Positions 31,713 through 46,471 of a stretch of DNA of 64,000 bases are shown one piece after another. The notes under the pieces were generated by a model. It did no database searches and had not been told where the DNA came from. It saw only the letters and a program-made list of their open reading frames with translations. Positions within the stretch are counted from its first letter, which is position 1. Each line of letters begins with the position of its first letter. Source of the stretch: the human T2T-CHM13v2.0 reference genome, Homo sapiens; the NCBI RefSeq assembly GCF_009914755.1, contig NC_060945.1. The stretch is one strand, 5' to 3'. Position numbers and translations under genes: made by a program.

Positions 31713-32189
31713 ATCTATATGCCCTCCAATTTCTTAAATGTGACTTCAGAGAATACTGGAAATTCATCAGCCTACAGTATCTTTAACAGAGCATTTTGGG
31801 AACAGAGTTAGCATGTCAAATTAAGGGCTCATCTAACTATACATAGGAAGCTGTAGACTTCCTGTGGAGCACAAAGCAGGGATGCACATATGGCTATTTC
31901 TCACCCAGATTAGTCCATTCTCACACTTCAAACGAAAAATCTGATGTCTAAATATACAGTGCTATATGCCTTGCTGGTTATGCCATGAGCTTGCTTAAAA
32001 TTGTTACAGATACGAAAATATAAATAGAACCCATTGCACTTGAAAATTATTTCCAGATTAAATTGGCTTCCATGTAATCAGTCTTTTCCCCTGAATTATC
32101 TTCTTCGGTATGCACCTAAGCAATGCAACCTTCTCATACACGTAGATGCATGACTTTATATTTATGGAGATTTTATATACATTCATCAT

Positions 32190-32275
32190 GTCTCTGTAGC
32201 TAGATTGAAAGCTCCTTAAGGGCTAGAACCAAGTATTCCGCTTTACATTTATTTTGCAAGCTGGAATAGCCTCTA
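32190..32275 (+). mobile_element. L2 3'-end fragment
   Basis: CTAGATTGAAAGCTCCTTAAGGGCTAGAACCA. Confidence 0.55.
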
Positions 32276-33102
32276 TTCATTTTTTAAGACAGTCCTCAGA
32301 ATTCACTTCCTTCCCCTACAGGTCTGAGAGAGCCATCGCATATATTGAATTTAATTCTTGTGGTCCATTTTCATGCGAAATTCACCTATACCCTTTTCAT
32401 GATACTGCCCTAGGAGCTCATTTTTGAAATGATATTTGAGGTTAACATTTTCCATGTTTTTTTCTCTGAGGACACTTATTTGTGTGTAACAGTTTTTTTT
32501 AATAATCCAAGACAACAAGGGAACATAAGGACACTGTAATTATTTCTTATGTAACAAAATACGCTTAGTTAACAGTTCATTTTGTTTTAATTTCAGCATT
32601 CTGATCATCCAAGTATGGTGTGAGTATAAACCAGTAAGTCATATCAGCCAAAATCTGCTCTGACTGGTCAGTTCATTTGAACATGCCAGTAAATGTTATG
32701 AATACCATTTCCTGACTTTAACTTTTGGGTATCGGTAAATGTCCCCCCTTTTTCCTACAGCCTGATAGTAATATTACTTTTTATTGGTTTTCTACAGTTT
32801 TAAAACACAGACATATTGTCAAACATTTGACAATCGTAGGTCAGTCCTCTCTCAAAATATTTATTTATGCATTATGTAGTTATGCATACATTTACTTATA
32901 CATTTATTAAAATTTTATAGTCCAGGAAATCCCAAAATCTGCTAACAAGTATATTGGATCATTTTGATGTTTCATGGATCGATTCTCCTTAACTGGAGAC
33001 TAAATCAGGGTATTCATTCACCGATAAAACAGTTTATTTTATTACACCAATCGGGGATATTTTTAGAAGATGATTTTACCAGAGACCAAAATGTTAGTAT
33101 AA

Positions 33103-33130
<28 letters not shown>
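33103..33130. repeat. (TG)14 microsatellite
   Basis: Direct read. Confidence 0.97.
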
Positions 33131-33133
<3 letters not shown>

Positions 33134-33461
33134 ATTTCATATCGCTTCAGACAGTAAATGAGAAACAAATGTTTTACCTCAATTTCTTTGTAAAGTTTAT
33201 AATGCATAAAATTTGAAATAAGAAATAAGCCATAGAACAAGATAAAAATAATCTCATAAAATTAAACCTGGTTATAAAACACTACTCATTCTATACATGT
33301 TTATAAAAGCACTACTTTAAAAGTGATAGCACATGTGTTAAATGTGATAGACAGTGAGGTATGATAAACAGTATGTTAAACACAGCTTTCAGATGCTTAC
33401 AAGAATAGCTATGCTATGGGCAAATAAGGCATAATAATTTTTGATATGTTGAAATATAAAT

Positions 33462-33820
33462 TTTAGAATCCTAAAATATTAAAGTTGGCAAATGTCTCAA
33501 AGTCCTTTTCACCAAATCCCATTACCTGTAGAAATGTCTCCTAATATACCTGGCCACTCTTCATCTTACTTCTTAGAACACGCACTGTCGAGGAGTCCTA
33601 CCTTAGCCTACTGCTGTCAAGAAAGAAAAGTGTTTTAGAGGTTTCCCTAAAACCTAACATCCTTCCCCTTCTATTAGTTTTATCTCTTGTTCTTGTTTTA
33701 CTTTTGAAGCTAGAAAGATTACTTAATCCCTTTTCAGAAAGTAATAGAATTTAAACAACTTACACATCGGCAGGTCTCTTTGTAGTTCTCTCTGTTCAAA
33801 GTTATAACCTCCACTGTCTC
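33462..33820 (-). mobile_element. L3/CR1 3'-end fossil
   Basis: TAGAATCCTAAAATATTAAAGTTGG (CR1 tail TAGAATCATAGAATGTTAGAGCTGG) ... TAATCCCTTTTC ... TTCTCTCTGTTCAAAGTTATAACCTCC. Confidence 0.55.
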
Positions 33821-33900
33821 ATATTTTCACTCATGTAGTTAAATCTTTTATTATGTCTTACCTTCAAACATGCAAAGAACTGAAGAAATACTTTATCCAT

Positions 33901-34125
33901 TTTTAAATAATCTTATTTATTTTAACTGAATCAAATATAACATACAAAAACTGCCCAAATGTTAAGTATTCAATTTGATGAATTTTGACTGGCGTGCATC
34001 AAGTAACTGTCAACTAAAACAAGAAGTAGAGTATTTGCTTTGCTTCAGGAAGTTTCTTCATACCACTTTCATTTGATTCCCATCCATTTGATGCAACCAC
34101 TACTCCGCTTTCTGCACTATGAATA
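33901..34125 (-). mobile_element. L1ME-type 3' end
   Basis: CATACAAAAACTGCCCAAATGTTAAGT..CAATTTGATGAATTTTGAC...GCAACCACTACTCCG.TTTCT. Confidence 0.7.
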
Positions 34126-34704
34126 ACTAAAGAGATAACAGGTTCCCATCTGCAGGAAGGGAGAAAACTTCAGAATTTCTGACAGTCTTTAGGGTAGATA
34201 AATAACGGAAAAACAATCCTATATAAGATATCAGAAAAGTAATTTAGAAAAAAAAGGAAGCAAACACAAATCACCTCCTCTGCATATTTTTACAATGAGA
34301 AAGAGATATCCATGCAACAAGTGATTTTTCCTAACAGAGATTTGTAATTGTAAATTACTGCATAGTCATTTAAAACAAAAGGGAGTTTGACAGGAGTGCC
34401 TGATTTAGCTTTCCTTTCAACACTAATCAGTCCTCCGAGTCACCTCTTCTTCATAAGGTGGTGGGTGCCTCTGTCACTGTTTTTAAGCAGTGTCTTTATT
34501 TATAACCATATATATATGAATGAATTTACCCTACTGAGTAACAAAATTTAGTGCAGCTTTCACTCTGTGCATTTCACTGCCAAGAGGAAATGCTTGTGAT
34601 ACCTTTTTAGATGGTTAAGTGGAGAGGCTCAATCATCATGACAGTACAAGGGCAATGGAATTGAGTCTTTTAATAAATGGTTGCCTCAAAACTGCATCTC
34701 TGGC

Positions 34705-35378
34705 AAACCAGAAAGTCTGGTTTATTTTAGTCCCTAAATATCTCTCTAATCTTCCTAACTTTAGTTCATCTGCCTGAACACCACACTCATTCAAACTTTC
34801 TCATTTGGAATATTACAATAGTTTCCTAGCAACCACTATCATTTGTGCATGCTGACCTCCTTCCTATCTAAAAATGTAACTTTTCTGGTAAACACCCTCT
34901 ACTGGCATGCCAGATCCAAAATAGGGATCACATTAGTAAACACAGTCTGTAAGACCCTGCACTCACTGATCCTGGCTATCTCTCACTGCACTGTCTCCAA
35001 TTCTCTCTATGTCAACCACTGCATTAAATTTCAATTATCTTATTTATAGAGCCTTCCCACATGCCTGTTGTTCTTATGTCTTTGCCATTTCATCTAATTA
35101 ATGCCTATGCTTTCCTTATATAAGTGTTTAATGATTAATAATTGCAAAGTATCTTTAAGTTAAATACCTTTATTTTAACCATGGTTTGTAGAACACTCAT
35201 CATTGTAGCAGTTGCCATATCTGATATTGAATTGTTCTAATTTAATCATTTGATGAATTTATATGTCTCTCAACTGAAAGAACACATATGATTAAGTTAT
35301 CTCTAAAAGCTGGCACTATATCTACCATGTAGTAGGCAGTAGGGGGTTAATACCTCTATACTGAATTAATTAGTAAAT
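34705..35378 (+). mobile_element. L2 fragment with 3' end
   Basis: TCATTTGGAATATTACAATAGTTTCCTA...AAGACCCTGCA..A.CTGATCCTG...ATGTAGTAGGCA...TGAATTAAT. Confidence 0.6.
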
Positions 35379-36247
35379 CTGTTTTTAATGAACAAGACAC
35401 CACAAATAAGCCAGTGGTCACGAGTAGTTTCTGATAAATTGATAAAGAGAAGGTTGACTAGGTAATAAACTTATAAGATTTGATTGCACCAACTGAGAAT
35501 TTATTTAAAATAGCCAAAGAGTAAAATGTCTTTACATTGCTTTATTTAGTAGTCAGTTTATTGACTATTATGGACACATTAACTTTCACCAACAATGGAA
35601 GTTTAAACATTTAATTTTTACTATGCCAAAGATTAATAAAATATAAATGATTGGATTTCATAACATGTACTATTATCTTTACTGAAATAATATATTCAAT
35701 AAGTGAACCACACAAGGAAGGGTTTTTAAAGAATAATATAAAATGAGTATGGATGAATATTTAGAATCAAAATTATACTATACATATTAATCCCATAATA
35801 TGTGTATTTCTAGGAAGGAAATGAAATTATATCCATGGTTTCCCTGTTAAGACATTCAAACATGTTGTTTTCCTGGAAAAGAATCCAATCTACATATATT
35901 TTCAGAATGTACAAATATTACATGCCCTGGTAAACAGTCCCAATATGGATAGAAAAAATATGTGGAGGAAAAGAGATACTTTAAAAATTGATTTGTAAGA
36001 GTCCTCACTGAAAGTTTGAATTTGGTGTTATTCCCAGTTATGTAGATATTGAAATAGACAGGCTAGACAGAGCAAAGATAAGACAGATGTCTTAAAAAGA
36101 ACCAAGTCTTTCCCACGTACATTCTGCTGCCTCTTTCCTTTTCTCTGCAGCTCCTAAGGACATTCTTTCTCTGCAAACTAAGTTTAAGACAAGGCAAAAG
36201 ATCTCAGCATTCAGATAATATAAACTAAAACATAAGATGCAACTGTT

Positions 36248-36545
36248 GGCCAAGAGCTGTATCTCATGACTGTAGTCCCAAAACTTTGGAAGGCAGAAGC
36301 GGGGAGGACTGCTTGAGCCCAAGAGTTCCAGACCAGCCTAGGCAACATGGCAAAACCCCACCTTTGCAAAAAAATTTAAAAAATTAGCTGATGTGATGGT
36401 GCACACCTGTAATTCCAGCTACTCAGGAGGCTGAGGCGGGAGGATCACTTCAGCCTGGCAGGTCGGGACTGCAAGGCGCCATGATGGTGTCACTGCACTC
36501 CAGGCTGAGTGACTGAGTGAGACCCTGTGTCAAAAAAAAAAAAAA
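36248..36545 (+). mobile_element. AluJ, full length
   Basis: GGAGGACTGCTTGAGCCCAAG and GAGACCCTG states. TSD TGCAACTGTT at 36238-36247 and 36547-36556. Confidence 0.92.
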
Positions 36546-36881
36546 GTGCAACTGTTCTTCCAAGAAGGTGGGGACCTAGAGTACTAAAGCATCACTTTAA
36601 GGGGTTGCCATGTCAAATTTCTAAAAATTGGTAGCTCTACCAAAAAAAAAAAAATCAAAACACTTAAGAAAGATTCTGCAAAATCTCAGTCATTTGATGT
36701 AGATAACGAACCCTCAGCAGATAAGGGATCTGGTGGCGTAGAAGCTTTCTAGCCTCTTAGAGAATGCATTTAGTTTTGTTGTTGTCCAGAAGGTTCTATT
36801 ATTTAAACATTTTTATATTGTTCTACCTCATATAGTGTATAGAGGGAATAGTAGTTTTGCCTGATTTTGTAGCGTACAAAG

Positions 36882-37160
36882 TGTGATCGTTAATTGCATG
36901 TGTTAAGTTGACTAGGTTATGGGATGCCCAGATAGATGACAAAATATTATTTCTGTGTATGTCTGTGGGTGTGTTTCCAAAAAAGATTAGCATTTAAAAT
37001 AATAGACTGAGTTAAAAAATATCCACCCTCATCAGTGTGGGCAGGCATCATCCAATCTGTTGAAGGAGAAATAGAATAAAAAGGCAAAAAAGGACAGGTT
37101 ATTTCTCACTTCTTGAGATAGAACATCTATCTTTTCCTGCCCTTAGACATCAGAGCTTCT
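36882..37160 (+). mobile_element. MLT2 LTR, 5' half
   Basis: TGTGATCGTTAATTGCATGTGTTAAGTTGACT...GGATGCCCAGATAG...GGCATCATCCAATCTGTTGAAGG...CCTTAGACATCAGAGC. Confidence 0.85.
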
Positions 37161-37179
37161 ATCTCCCACCTTTGGGTTC

Positions 37180-37450
37180 AAGTTCTGACATGTACAACAT
37201 GATGACTACAGTTAATAATCCTGCATTGTTTACTTAAAATTTGCTAACAGAGTAAATCTTAAGTGCTCTTACCATCCCCCCCACACACATATATGCACCA
37301 GTGGTAATTACAGGTAGTGATGGATATGTTAATTAATTTGACAGTGGTAATCACTACACAATGTATACATATATCAAAAAATTACATTGTACACCTTGAA
37401 TGTATACATTTTTTAGCAATATATGATTTAAACTGAAATTTAAAAAATAA
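37180..37450 (+). mobile_element. L1MA9/MA10/MB-type 3' end
   Basis: ATGATGACTACAGTTAATAAT...AAAATTTGCTAACAGAGTAAATCTTAAGTG...GTGATGGATATGTTAATTA...ACAATGTATACATATATCAAAA. Confidence 0.85.
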
Positions 37451-38474
37451 TAGAGGAAGAAAATGGCATTGGGATGGGGTGAGGCAGAGGTGGAATAAAC
37501 AGCTTCTTTTCCCACAAAAAAATTGCATTCAAAAATCATTGTTTATAATATAATATTAAAGTTTATTTCAGTTTATACAGCTCCTCTCCTTTTAGAAATT
37601 GCATGCTCCTTTTGCTCCACTGCTACACCTCATTTTCACTAACTTTATTATGCAAAGCATATCACTTTGTACTCCCTGCTTCCTCGTGGTTTTCCTTCCT
37701 TTCTTCACTATCCAAGACTAATTAATATGTTTTGCTATGAATCATCCACTCCAGCTTCTACCCTTCAGCTGTAAACAATTAGCAGTGACTTGGGAATTTC
37801 TAATTCTTCCTTCTCACGTACACTAATGCTCTGTACTGAAAGGGAAAAGCAATATAGTATTTCTTCCCACTGAGATGAATAATGCCATTCCCTACAACCA
37901 CCCCCTCCCCAACCACCACCACCATCACATATACGGAAGGTAGAAGTAGCTACTATCAATTTAATGTCATGCAGCAGTTCCCTGTCCCTAACTTCTTCAT
38001 TAAGGTTGACATTAAAAATGAAATAAACCTAAGAAGGGCTTAAGAGATGGACCTATCCATCAGAGAGATATAAAAATAGATATATTTGTGTAAAATATAG
38101 CAACACTTTAGCAGTATGCAGTCTTTAATATCTGTATTGTTTATTTAGGAATAAAAGTATTTATGTGAAATTACATGCCTGCTATATATATATATAGATA
38201 ATCAGCTGGACAAAAACGTTTCATCTCCCCTCTTGATAAAACTCTTACTAGTTGAAGTCAAATAAGCAAACGTTCCTTCTTTTAGCTTAGTGAAGGTCAG
38301 AGAAACAAATAATAATACTAGATTATTTTCCAGCCAATAAACACTTTACTTAGTAAAGACAGTGAAAAGCAGGAACATAGAAATGTGAAGCTGCAGAGAA
38401 ACTGGTTTTAAAAGGGCTACAGTAAGTAATACGTTGTGTACGTTTTCTGGACTTCATATCACTATTTCCTTATG

Positions 38475-38965
38475 GCGTTGGTTTGGGTAATGTGAACTGC
38501 TAGACAAAATAGATCCAACCACCTATAATGTTCAAACACGAAAAAAATGTATTTTTCACTCACCTGTCTAAATCTTGTTTTCCTGGTTTACAGTGAATTA
38601 CCTCCACAATCCAGGTAACTAGATTTTTTTCTATCTTCTAATTTTCTATTATTAAGACTCCACTGCCTTTTTTCTTCTATTAGCGTTTTGCTAGTGGAAA
38701 TAATGAGAAAGGCTTTTCAATGGCAATTGCAAACATAACAGTGATAAAAAATTTCGCCCTACTAGGTGGAGCTCAACCACCACTGTGCCCTTGGTACTCC
38801 ACTATGGAACACATCTATTTCTTAAAAATCATCACATAATAATAACACATATGACTTCTATCCACATTCCATTGTCTAGAACTAGTCATATAGCCCAACC
38901 TAACATCAAGAGAGACTGGGGAAATAAAGGCTAGATATATGCCCAACAAGAGAAAATTGATGTTT
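38475..38965 (-). mobile_element. MLT1K/J-like LTR, degraded
   Basis: ACTTCTATCCACATTCCATTGTCTAGAACTAGTCATATAGCCC.ACCTAAC..CAAG.GAGACTGGG.AAAT...TATGCCCA. Confidence 0.65.
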
Positions 38966-39023
38966 ACTCAATATCCTTTGTAAACATGTATTTGCAATTT
39001 TTGTTTTTCAGATTGAAGTTGGC

Positions 39024-39463
<440 letters not shown>

Positions 39464-39909
39464 TCAAGTAACTTGTCTTAAGTTTGTAAATACGGACAAT
39501 CTCACAGGGACAAAACTTTTTTCCTTGTTTTATTTTCAGACATAATCATCTATTTTGTGTAATACTGTTGAGCTGTAATTACAAAAATGAGTAAGATAAC
39601 ATCTACCTCTTAGGATTCCTTGTTATTGTTATTATTCATAAACTGCTTCTAAGAGCTTCATTTTAACAGTAATGGCTTCTTTGAAAGCCATTTAAAGCAA
39701 ATACACAATCGATTTAAGTTCTGTTTGTTTTAATACTTATGCAACTTTTTTTTCTGGTTAAATATTTGCTAGATTGATAAATTTTATTAGGAAAATTAGA
39801 AATTCCAGTTTATGTAAAGTTTTTCAGATGATGTAATAATGTAGTTTTTAGTTGTACTGGCTCTTGGAAGAAACTGCTGGCTTATTAACTTACCATGTGC
39901 ATTTGTTAA

Positions 39910-40737
39910 TTTTTAATTTTTTTACAAATACAAATTACAAATATTAATGATGTACAATAGGATGTTTTTATATGATGTTGAACATTGCAGAATGACTAAA
40001 TCAGCCTAAATAATATATCTATTATCTCACATACTTATCATATTTTTGTGATGACAATGTATATAATTTACTCTTTTAGCAGTGTTTAAGTGTGAAGTTA
40101 AATGCATTGTTATGAACAATAATCACCATGTTGTACAGTAGATATCGAACTTATTCCTTCCGTCTAACTGAAATTTTGTATCCTTTGATCAAGATTTTCT
40201 TAATTCCTTCAACTCCATCCCTGGCCCCATTCTACTGTCTCCTTTAAGTTCTACTTTTTCAGACATCACATGTGAGATCATACGGTATTTGTCTTTCTGT
40301 GCCTAGCTTAATTTACTTAGCATACTGTCCTCCAGGTTCATCTCTGTCGTCCCAAAGGACAGGATGTCCTCCTTTTTAAAGGTTGAATAGTATTCTGTTG
40401 TCTATATACTCTATATTTTCTTTAACTATTCATCTGATGATGGACACTTAGGTTGAATCCATAGTTTTGCTATTGTGAATAGTGTTACAATGAACACGAC
40501 AGTGCACATATATTTTTGACATACAGATTTCATTCCCTTATACTTTATACCCAGAAGTGGAATGGCTGGATCATGTGGTGGTTCTACTTTTAATTTTTTT
40601 CCAAAACTCCATACTGTTTTCCGTAATGGCTGTACTAATTTACCTTCCCACCAACAGTATACAAGGATTCCTTTTATTTCCACACCCTCTTCAACACTTG
40701 TTCTCTCTTGTCTTTTTGATAGTAGCCATCATAACAA
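39910..40737 (-). mobile_element. L1MA-type 3' ~830 bp (ORF2 C-terminus plus 3' UTR)
   Basis: ORF 40426-40683(-) reads CWWEGKLVQPLRKTVW..DPAIPLLGI..LFTIAKLWIQPKCPS, the L1 ORF2p C-terminal segment. Confidence 0.92.
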
Positions 40738-40744
40738 CTCCTTA

Positions 40745-41030
40745 AGTGCAGTTTCCATATGTCTACCGAATGTCAAACATTGTGCTAAATGTTGATAATA
40801 TTGTGATAAAACACAAAAATTTGTCTTTGCCCCACACAAAGTTTATATTATAGTATGGTAAAACAATAGCTATCAGTTGAACTCTTATTATGTTTTTACT
40901 TAATCAGAAAAGAAAATAAGTATTTATTACCTCCATTTTGATTCCAAGAAAAATAACTTGTCTAAGGTCTCATTAATCATAAAAGCAAAGATGGGACACA
41001 AACTCCAAAGAGAGATTGCTGGCACCACGC
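40745..41030 (-). mobile_element. Adjacent L2 3'-end and MIR fragments
   Basis: GTCTAC..ATGTCAAACATTGTGCTAAATGTTG (L2). TATTACCTCCATTTT...ATAACTTGTCTAAGGTC (MIR). Confidence 0.5.
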
Positions 41031-41094
41031 CAGTCTCTTTATATCACCTATGACGGTGATTTTTTTCTTTTTTTCTTTTTTTTATGAATAAATG

Positions 41095-41573
41095 TAATAA
41101 TATATTTTAATACACAAAAAGTGGCAAAAGTAAAGGGAGAAAGAGACAAAACAGTCATAGAGATTTTAATCTTAGTGAATAAGAGAACAAGTAGGTAAAA
41201 ATCAGTAAAAATAAAAAAGATTTGATCAAACAATTTTACCTAATTGACATTAAACAATTTATACCACACTGCAAAATACAAATTCTTATCAAGTATTCAT
41301 TACATTCATCAATATAAACAATATGCTGAACCATAAAACAAGTCTCAATAAATTAAAAGTATTTGAAATTTTGTTCTATATTTTCTGAAAAAAATAGACT
41401 TAAATTAGAAATAAAGTGTGCAAAATCTCCCAAAATGTGAAATCAAGCAGCACATATCTAAATGGTCCATAAGTTAAAGAAGAAATAATAATAGAGATTA
41501 CTATAATTTACATTTGAATGTTAATGGAAACACAGCATATCAAAATTTGTGGGATATAGCAAAAGAAGTGTTT
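41095..41573 (+). mobile_element. Old L1M ORF2 endonuclease-region fragment
   Basis: ACCTAATTGACATT...GCAAAATACAAATTCTT.TCAAGT...CCATAAAACAAGTCTCAATAAATT...ACAGCATATCAAAATTTGTGGGAT, with multiple stops and frameshifts. Confidence 0.8.
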
Positions 41574-44500
41574 CTTATATAACAAATATTGCATTATTTT
41601 TCTATAATTTCATTGGAAAGTAAGTATATTATTACTGTTTAGTTTTCCATGCTTAATTTTAAATTACTTTCTATCCCAGTATTCAAGTAAATTATGCCTT
41701 ATGCCATGTAGTCTTACCTCCATTTTCTAATAAACCTGTGTGTTTCCCTTGCAGGTAGCTTTTAAAATTTTATTTTTCACTTAAAGTGGAGAAATTACTT
41801 GCTGATATGTACTTTTTTAAACAATGAAGAAATAGTGCCATCTTCTGTCTATGTTTTATTCAACAACTGGGAATAAAGAAACATTGGGTTATTATACATA
41901 AGCAAAAAGAAGCAAAGAATTTGGAGACATTATGATTTTAGTATAATATGCTACATCTTTGAACACTTGCAAAGGGGCTAATTATTTGAAAGGCCTCTCA
42001 GGACAAAGGCATGTTTAAAACAGTTCTGTGTGATTAATTATTCAAAACCTTTGAATATGCATTCAAACATTGGAGAAAAAAGGAAGGAGGCAGGGGAGAC
42101 AGCTGAGAGTAACAGAAACAGGTGGCAAGTGTTTTTAACTATTTGGTGTTTACAGTGTTGAAGGATTAAAAAGCATTTTTTCTGTTTTTATAACATCTAT
42201 GAATTCCCCATTCATTGATATCTTCACAAAACTATGCTTGATACTGAAAAATTCTCCAATCACTTATTTGACAAGTGAAAAGTCGGAAAAATAGGAATAC
42301 ATTTTTAAATGAGCTTTTTAATTTCTACATTAATAAATATACTTTTATCTGCATGTGGTTCATAGATTTCAAACTAAAGTCAGAATAAGTAGCTAACATA
42401 AATGAAAATATTTTTAGATTTATGAAGTAGCTCAGAAAACCAATTTCTTAAAAATCATATTTGGAAAAATACATTATTAGGCCGAACTTACTTTCATCCA
42501 TTGCTGCCCTCTCTAAGGTAAAACACAAAAACAAATAAAATCTATCAAAGAATTGTATAACTTTTACTAGTATTGAAAAAGGGTATTTGAGTTGCTTTAA
42601 ATTTTATTTTTATAATGTATCTTGAGAAGATTGCAGTTTTACCACTAGTCAAACTTTTATAAACACATCAGAAATTACATTTAAAAACCAGATCAGGAAT
42701 TATTTTTCTAAGAAACTAGAAGAAATCAAAGACAAATTAATAATAACTAATAGTTTGAAGCCCGCTTATCTACAAGACTCTAAAGATATAAAAACAAGAA
42801 CATAAGTTAAAGGCAGCTTCATTTCACGCTTCAGAAAGCTGGTCTTTGGCACACAAGTTTGCTTGCCTTGTATGATCATTTTGCATATTCAGAGGTGAAT
42901 CCCTGGCGGGGACAGGAAAACATGTGTGGGTGAAGCTCAGAGTAGCAGCACGTCATCAGCAGCTTGACATTCTTCAAAGAAAAAAAAGGTCCTTGCATTT
43001 TGGCTATATCACTTACAGTTCACTTTTTTGTGTAATTCTCTATCGGTAAGATTTATTCTAATGGTTTAAAGTGGATTTGTTACCCATTCTTTCCCATTCT
43101 GGTGTGGAATCTCCCCGATGAATCTCCAAATAGCTAAACATATTTAAATTCACGTAAATTGATGATTTTTGTCTGATATCAAAGAAGTCAATGCTAGACA
43201 GAGTTTACAGCCACATGAAATTAATGGGGCAACTGAGTATCATAACTTCAAGAATGCTGGTTATCTGAGATCTGAAAGGTCACTGGATTTGAGGGAAAAA
43301 ATCTCTCATCCATTTCTAAATGCTCAATGTGAGGGGCTGCTGCCTGCTTCTAATGTGTGCTAATATCTATGTCCTATTTACATTATATTGGGGTATTACA
43401 TGTTGATTACAAATATGAAACACACTATAGAAAACTATGCACTGCATATTTATTTAGTCTATCCAGCTCGAAAACCTTTTGTGTGAATTAATTTCAGATT
43501 TTCTGGATTCACATTACTCTCCAAATGCATTAATGTCAGCATTTCTTTATTTTGTTCTCCACATTTTCATTATATAGCATTATATGAATGGTGGGCTAGT
43601 AAGTGGACCACTTACACTGATCTGAAAGGGTATGTGTGTATATATATACTCCTTTGAACATATATAAATATAGCTTACATTTCCATTTTATGTGACTAAA
43701 ATTTGCATAATTACCTTTTAACTGAAGACATTTTCCAAGAATATGTCAATGTAGATATAAATCATTGTGAATAGTTTAACTTTTTTGATTTCTCATGAAA
43801 CCCATCACTACCATTATTTCTTAAGGGATAGACACAGATGTCAAGCTACTTTCTCAATGTCACAAAATCATAACCAGACATAAGCGTTGAGTCCAGTTTT
43901 TTTAGACTGTAACCATTAAGCTATTTTATCTCCATATGATCAATAAGATATTAGTTTGCCTGCCTCATGTCTTTATTCTATGACCTACGTTTCTTTGAAG
44001 TACATTTCTCTGAATCAGAATATTTCATCTATGGACATTTACCAACCTTCTACAGAAATCAGTAGTTTGTCCTTGCCATTATTTCCAATATACTAAACAG
44101 CCCATGAACTCTATGCTCAGTGGGGTAAATATCTCATTATTTTACACTCTTTTAATTGATCTTTTCATAATTCATTTATACCATTCATAGAATTCTGATA
44201 TTTGATTTAGTGGAAAGAGTTCATTGGTTCATATATCTCAGTAATGTCCAGATTCGACCTCTTCCCTGTTTTATTTCTACCTTTTCCCTATATTTTAATC
44301 TAGTCAGTTGACTGTATGTAATTTTAATTATGTTTTATGTGTTCATGATATATATTAGCAAATACATTTGTCCTATGTACGAGGATGTAATTACAGCACT
44401 GTACTATTTCTATTGGTATAAAATGGAGAAGATACCATGTAAATCTCAGTAAATGTAAACCTTAGAAAACAGAAATAAAACATAATTTCCACTTTCAAAG

Positions 44501-45185
44501 GTTTTTATGACTTGAGTAGACAAAGAGAGGTTGACTTGTGATTTTCTCACGTTGGTGATGAGTTTTTGAGTACATAGGTAATATAAGTGAAACTTTGGTT
44601 TTACAATAGTGTACAAAAAGGGTGTGAAAACTAAGAAATTGGGGAGATTGGCAAATAGGCATCTGCAATTGTAGGTGCATGAAGTTATTAAACTTAATGG
44701 TATATTCAACTCCATAAAATAGAAAACTTTATCAATCAAAAATATTTAAATATTGGCAATTGCAAATGATTTAAGTAAATTAATGGAAGGAGAAATGACT
44801 CTTCTTTTTACCTGAAACAGTTCAATGTATTATAGGTATATTTGTGAAATACAGCCTAAATTAATAAAATAAAACATGATAATTTATAGGAGCCAAGAGT
44901 AATCATTTAAAAAGAAAACATTGAACTGAATTAAGATATTTGTTGAGGTCAGTGTTGGGGGATACTTCTAGAGCACTAAAAGGACATTATAATCATCTTC
45001 TGCAGGTTGTTCATGTATTTCATTTCCAGTAAAGTGTGGTCAAGACTTTTTTAGTCCTATGATGGTTTTATTGGATCTATACTGGTGAAAAAAAAATCCT
45101 TGTCTACAGAAAAAATTCGTAAGCTTAGAATGATTAATATACTGTCTCATTAACATAGATTATGGAGGTTGAAATTTAACTAGTG

Positions 45186-45444
45186 TTTTCTTTTTTTTTT
45201 TTTTGAGGTGGAATCTTGCTCTGTTGCCCAGGCTGGAGTGCAGTGGAGAGACCTCAGCTCACTGCCAGCTCTGCCTCCTGGGTGCACACCATTATCCTGC
45301 TCAGCCTCCCAAGTAGCTGGGACTACAGGCGCCCACCACCACGCCTGGCTAAGTTTTTGTGTTTTTAGTACAGACGGGGTTTCACCGTGGTAGCCAGGAT
45401 GGTCTCAATCTCCTGACTTCATGATCCACCTGCCTCGGCCTCCC
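45186..45444 (-). mobile_element. AluY-like, 5'-truncated by ~40 nt
   Basis: CACACCATT and TAGCCAGGATGGTCTCAATCTCC states. Ends at GGCCTCCC. TSD degenerate. Confidence 0.9.
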
Positions 45445-45899
45445 TAATAATATTTTTAAACACAGTTAACCAGTTTCACAGTGATATTTGACTAGAAGCA
45501 TTTGGTGTCATGTTACTGACTAACAGTATGCAGATAATTTTTCTATTTGGGGAAAAGAATCAGTAAGGAAAGGCTGTAGATTTAGTGAGGCTAATGTTTA
45601 GGAGTTATTCTTTGAATTTTAAGAAACACATGAATAAAACATAGAAATTTTTTTTCTACACTGGGTATGAAATGATAGTCATCTTAACTAGGATGAAAAA
45701 AATGGGAAATAAAAATTATATATATAAAAAAACAGAATGGTGAAAAACATTCAGATTACTTGATAAGTAAAGAGAAACACTCCATTTCAAGTTGCAAAAA
45801 TAAGATTTACAGGAATGAGCATTTAGGTATCCAAAAGGTTCTCAGAGATTTGAACAATTTTTAGGCAGTATAAGAAATTTTATTATACTTATGGTAAAC

Positions 45900-46250
45900 A
45901 AATTTATTTAAAAGCTATATTTGTTGTTAGTTTGTGACCCAGGGACATGCTCTGATCACATTTTAAAACTTTAGAAAATAGCATTGACATTAGCTTGACA
46001 GATGGAGTGAGCTATGATCCCAGAAATGACTGCAACAGCCCAGTCAAGGAATGATAAATGATTACACTAATAATGTTGTAGTTAATGGAGTGCAAGTAAT
46101 GGATACAAGTGATAGGAAAGAATATCCTTTGGATTTGTCCATATGTTATACAAGGTATGTGGGAAAGAAAAGACTTGGAGATGATGCTGAGGTTTGTAAC
46201 TGGCATGGATAAACAGGTGGTGATACTGTTAACGTAGAAGAAGACAAATA
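45900..46250 (-). mobile_element. L2 fragment
   Basis: CAGTCAAGGAATGATAAATG...GAGATGATGCTGAGGTTTGTAACTGG..TGGATAAACAGGTGGTG.TACTGTTAAC. Confidence 0.6.
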
Positions 46251-46471
46251 AATAAAAAGCTGTGTGTTTTCTGTTACCGTGAAATTACCACATAATAAGT
46301 GTCCTAAAAACAACATGACTTATTATTTTATAGTTGTGGAAGTAAGATGTCCAAAATGAGTCTCACTGGTCTAAAATCAAGGTGTTAGCAGGATTACATT
46401 CCTTCTGGACATTCTAAAAATTCTGTTTCCTTGCATTTTCCAAATTCTAGACTCTGTTCATATTCCTTAGC

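Noticed and set aside
38759-38774. CTCF-like CTACTAGGTGGAGCTC
   Set aside because: It mismatches the near-invariant second C of the core, so it cannot be supported without ChIP data.
40426-40683. 85-aa ORF with a convincing protein motif
   Set aside because: It is an L1 ORF2p C-terminal remnant in a truncated old L1MA element.
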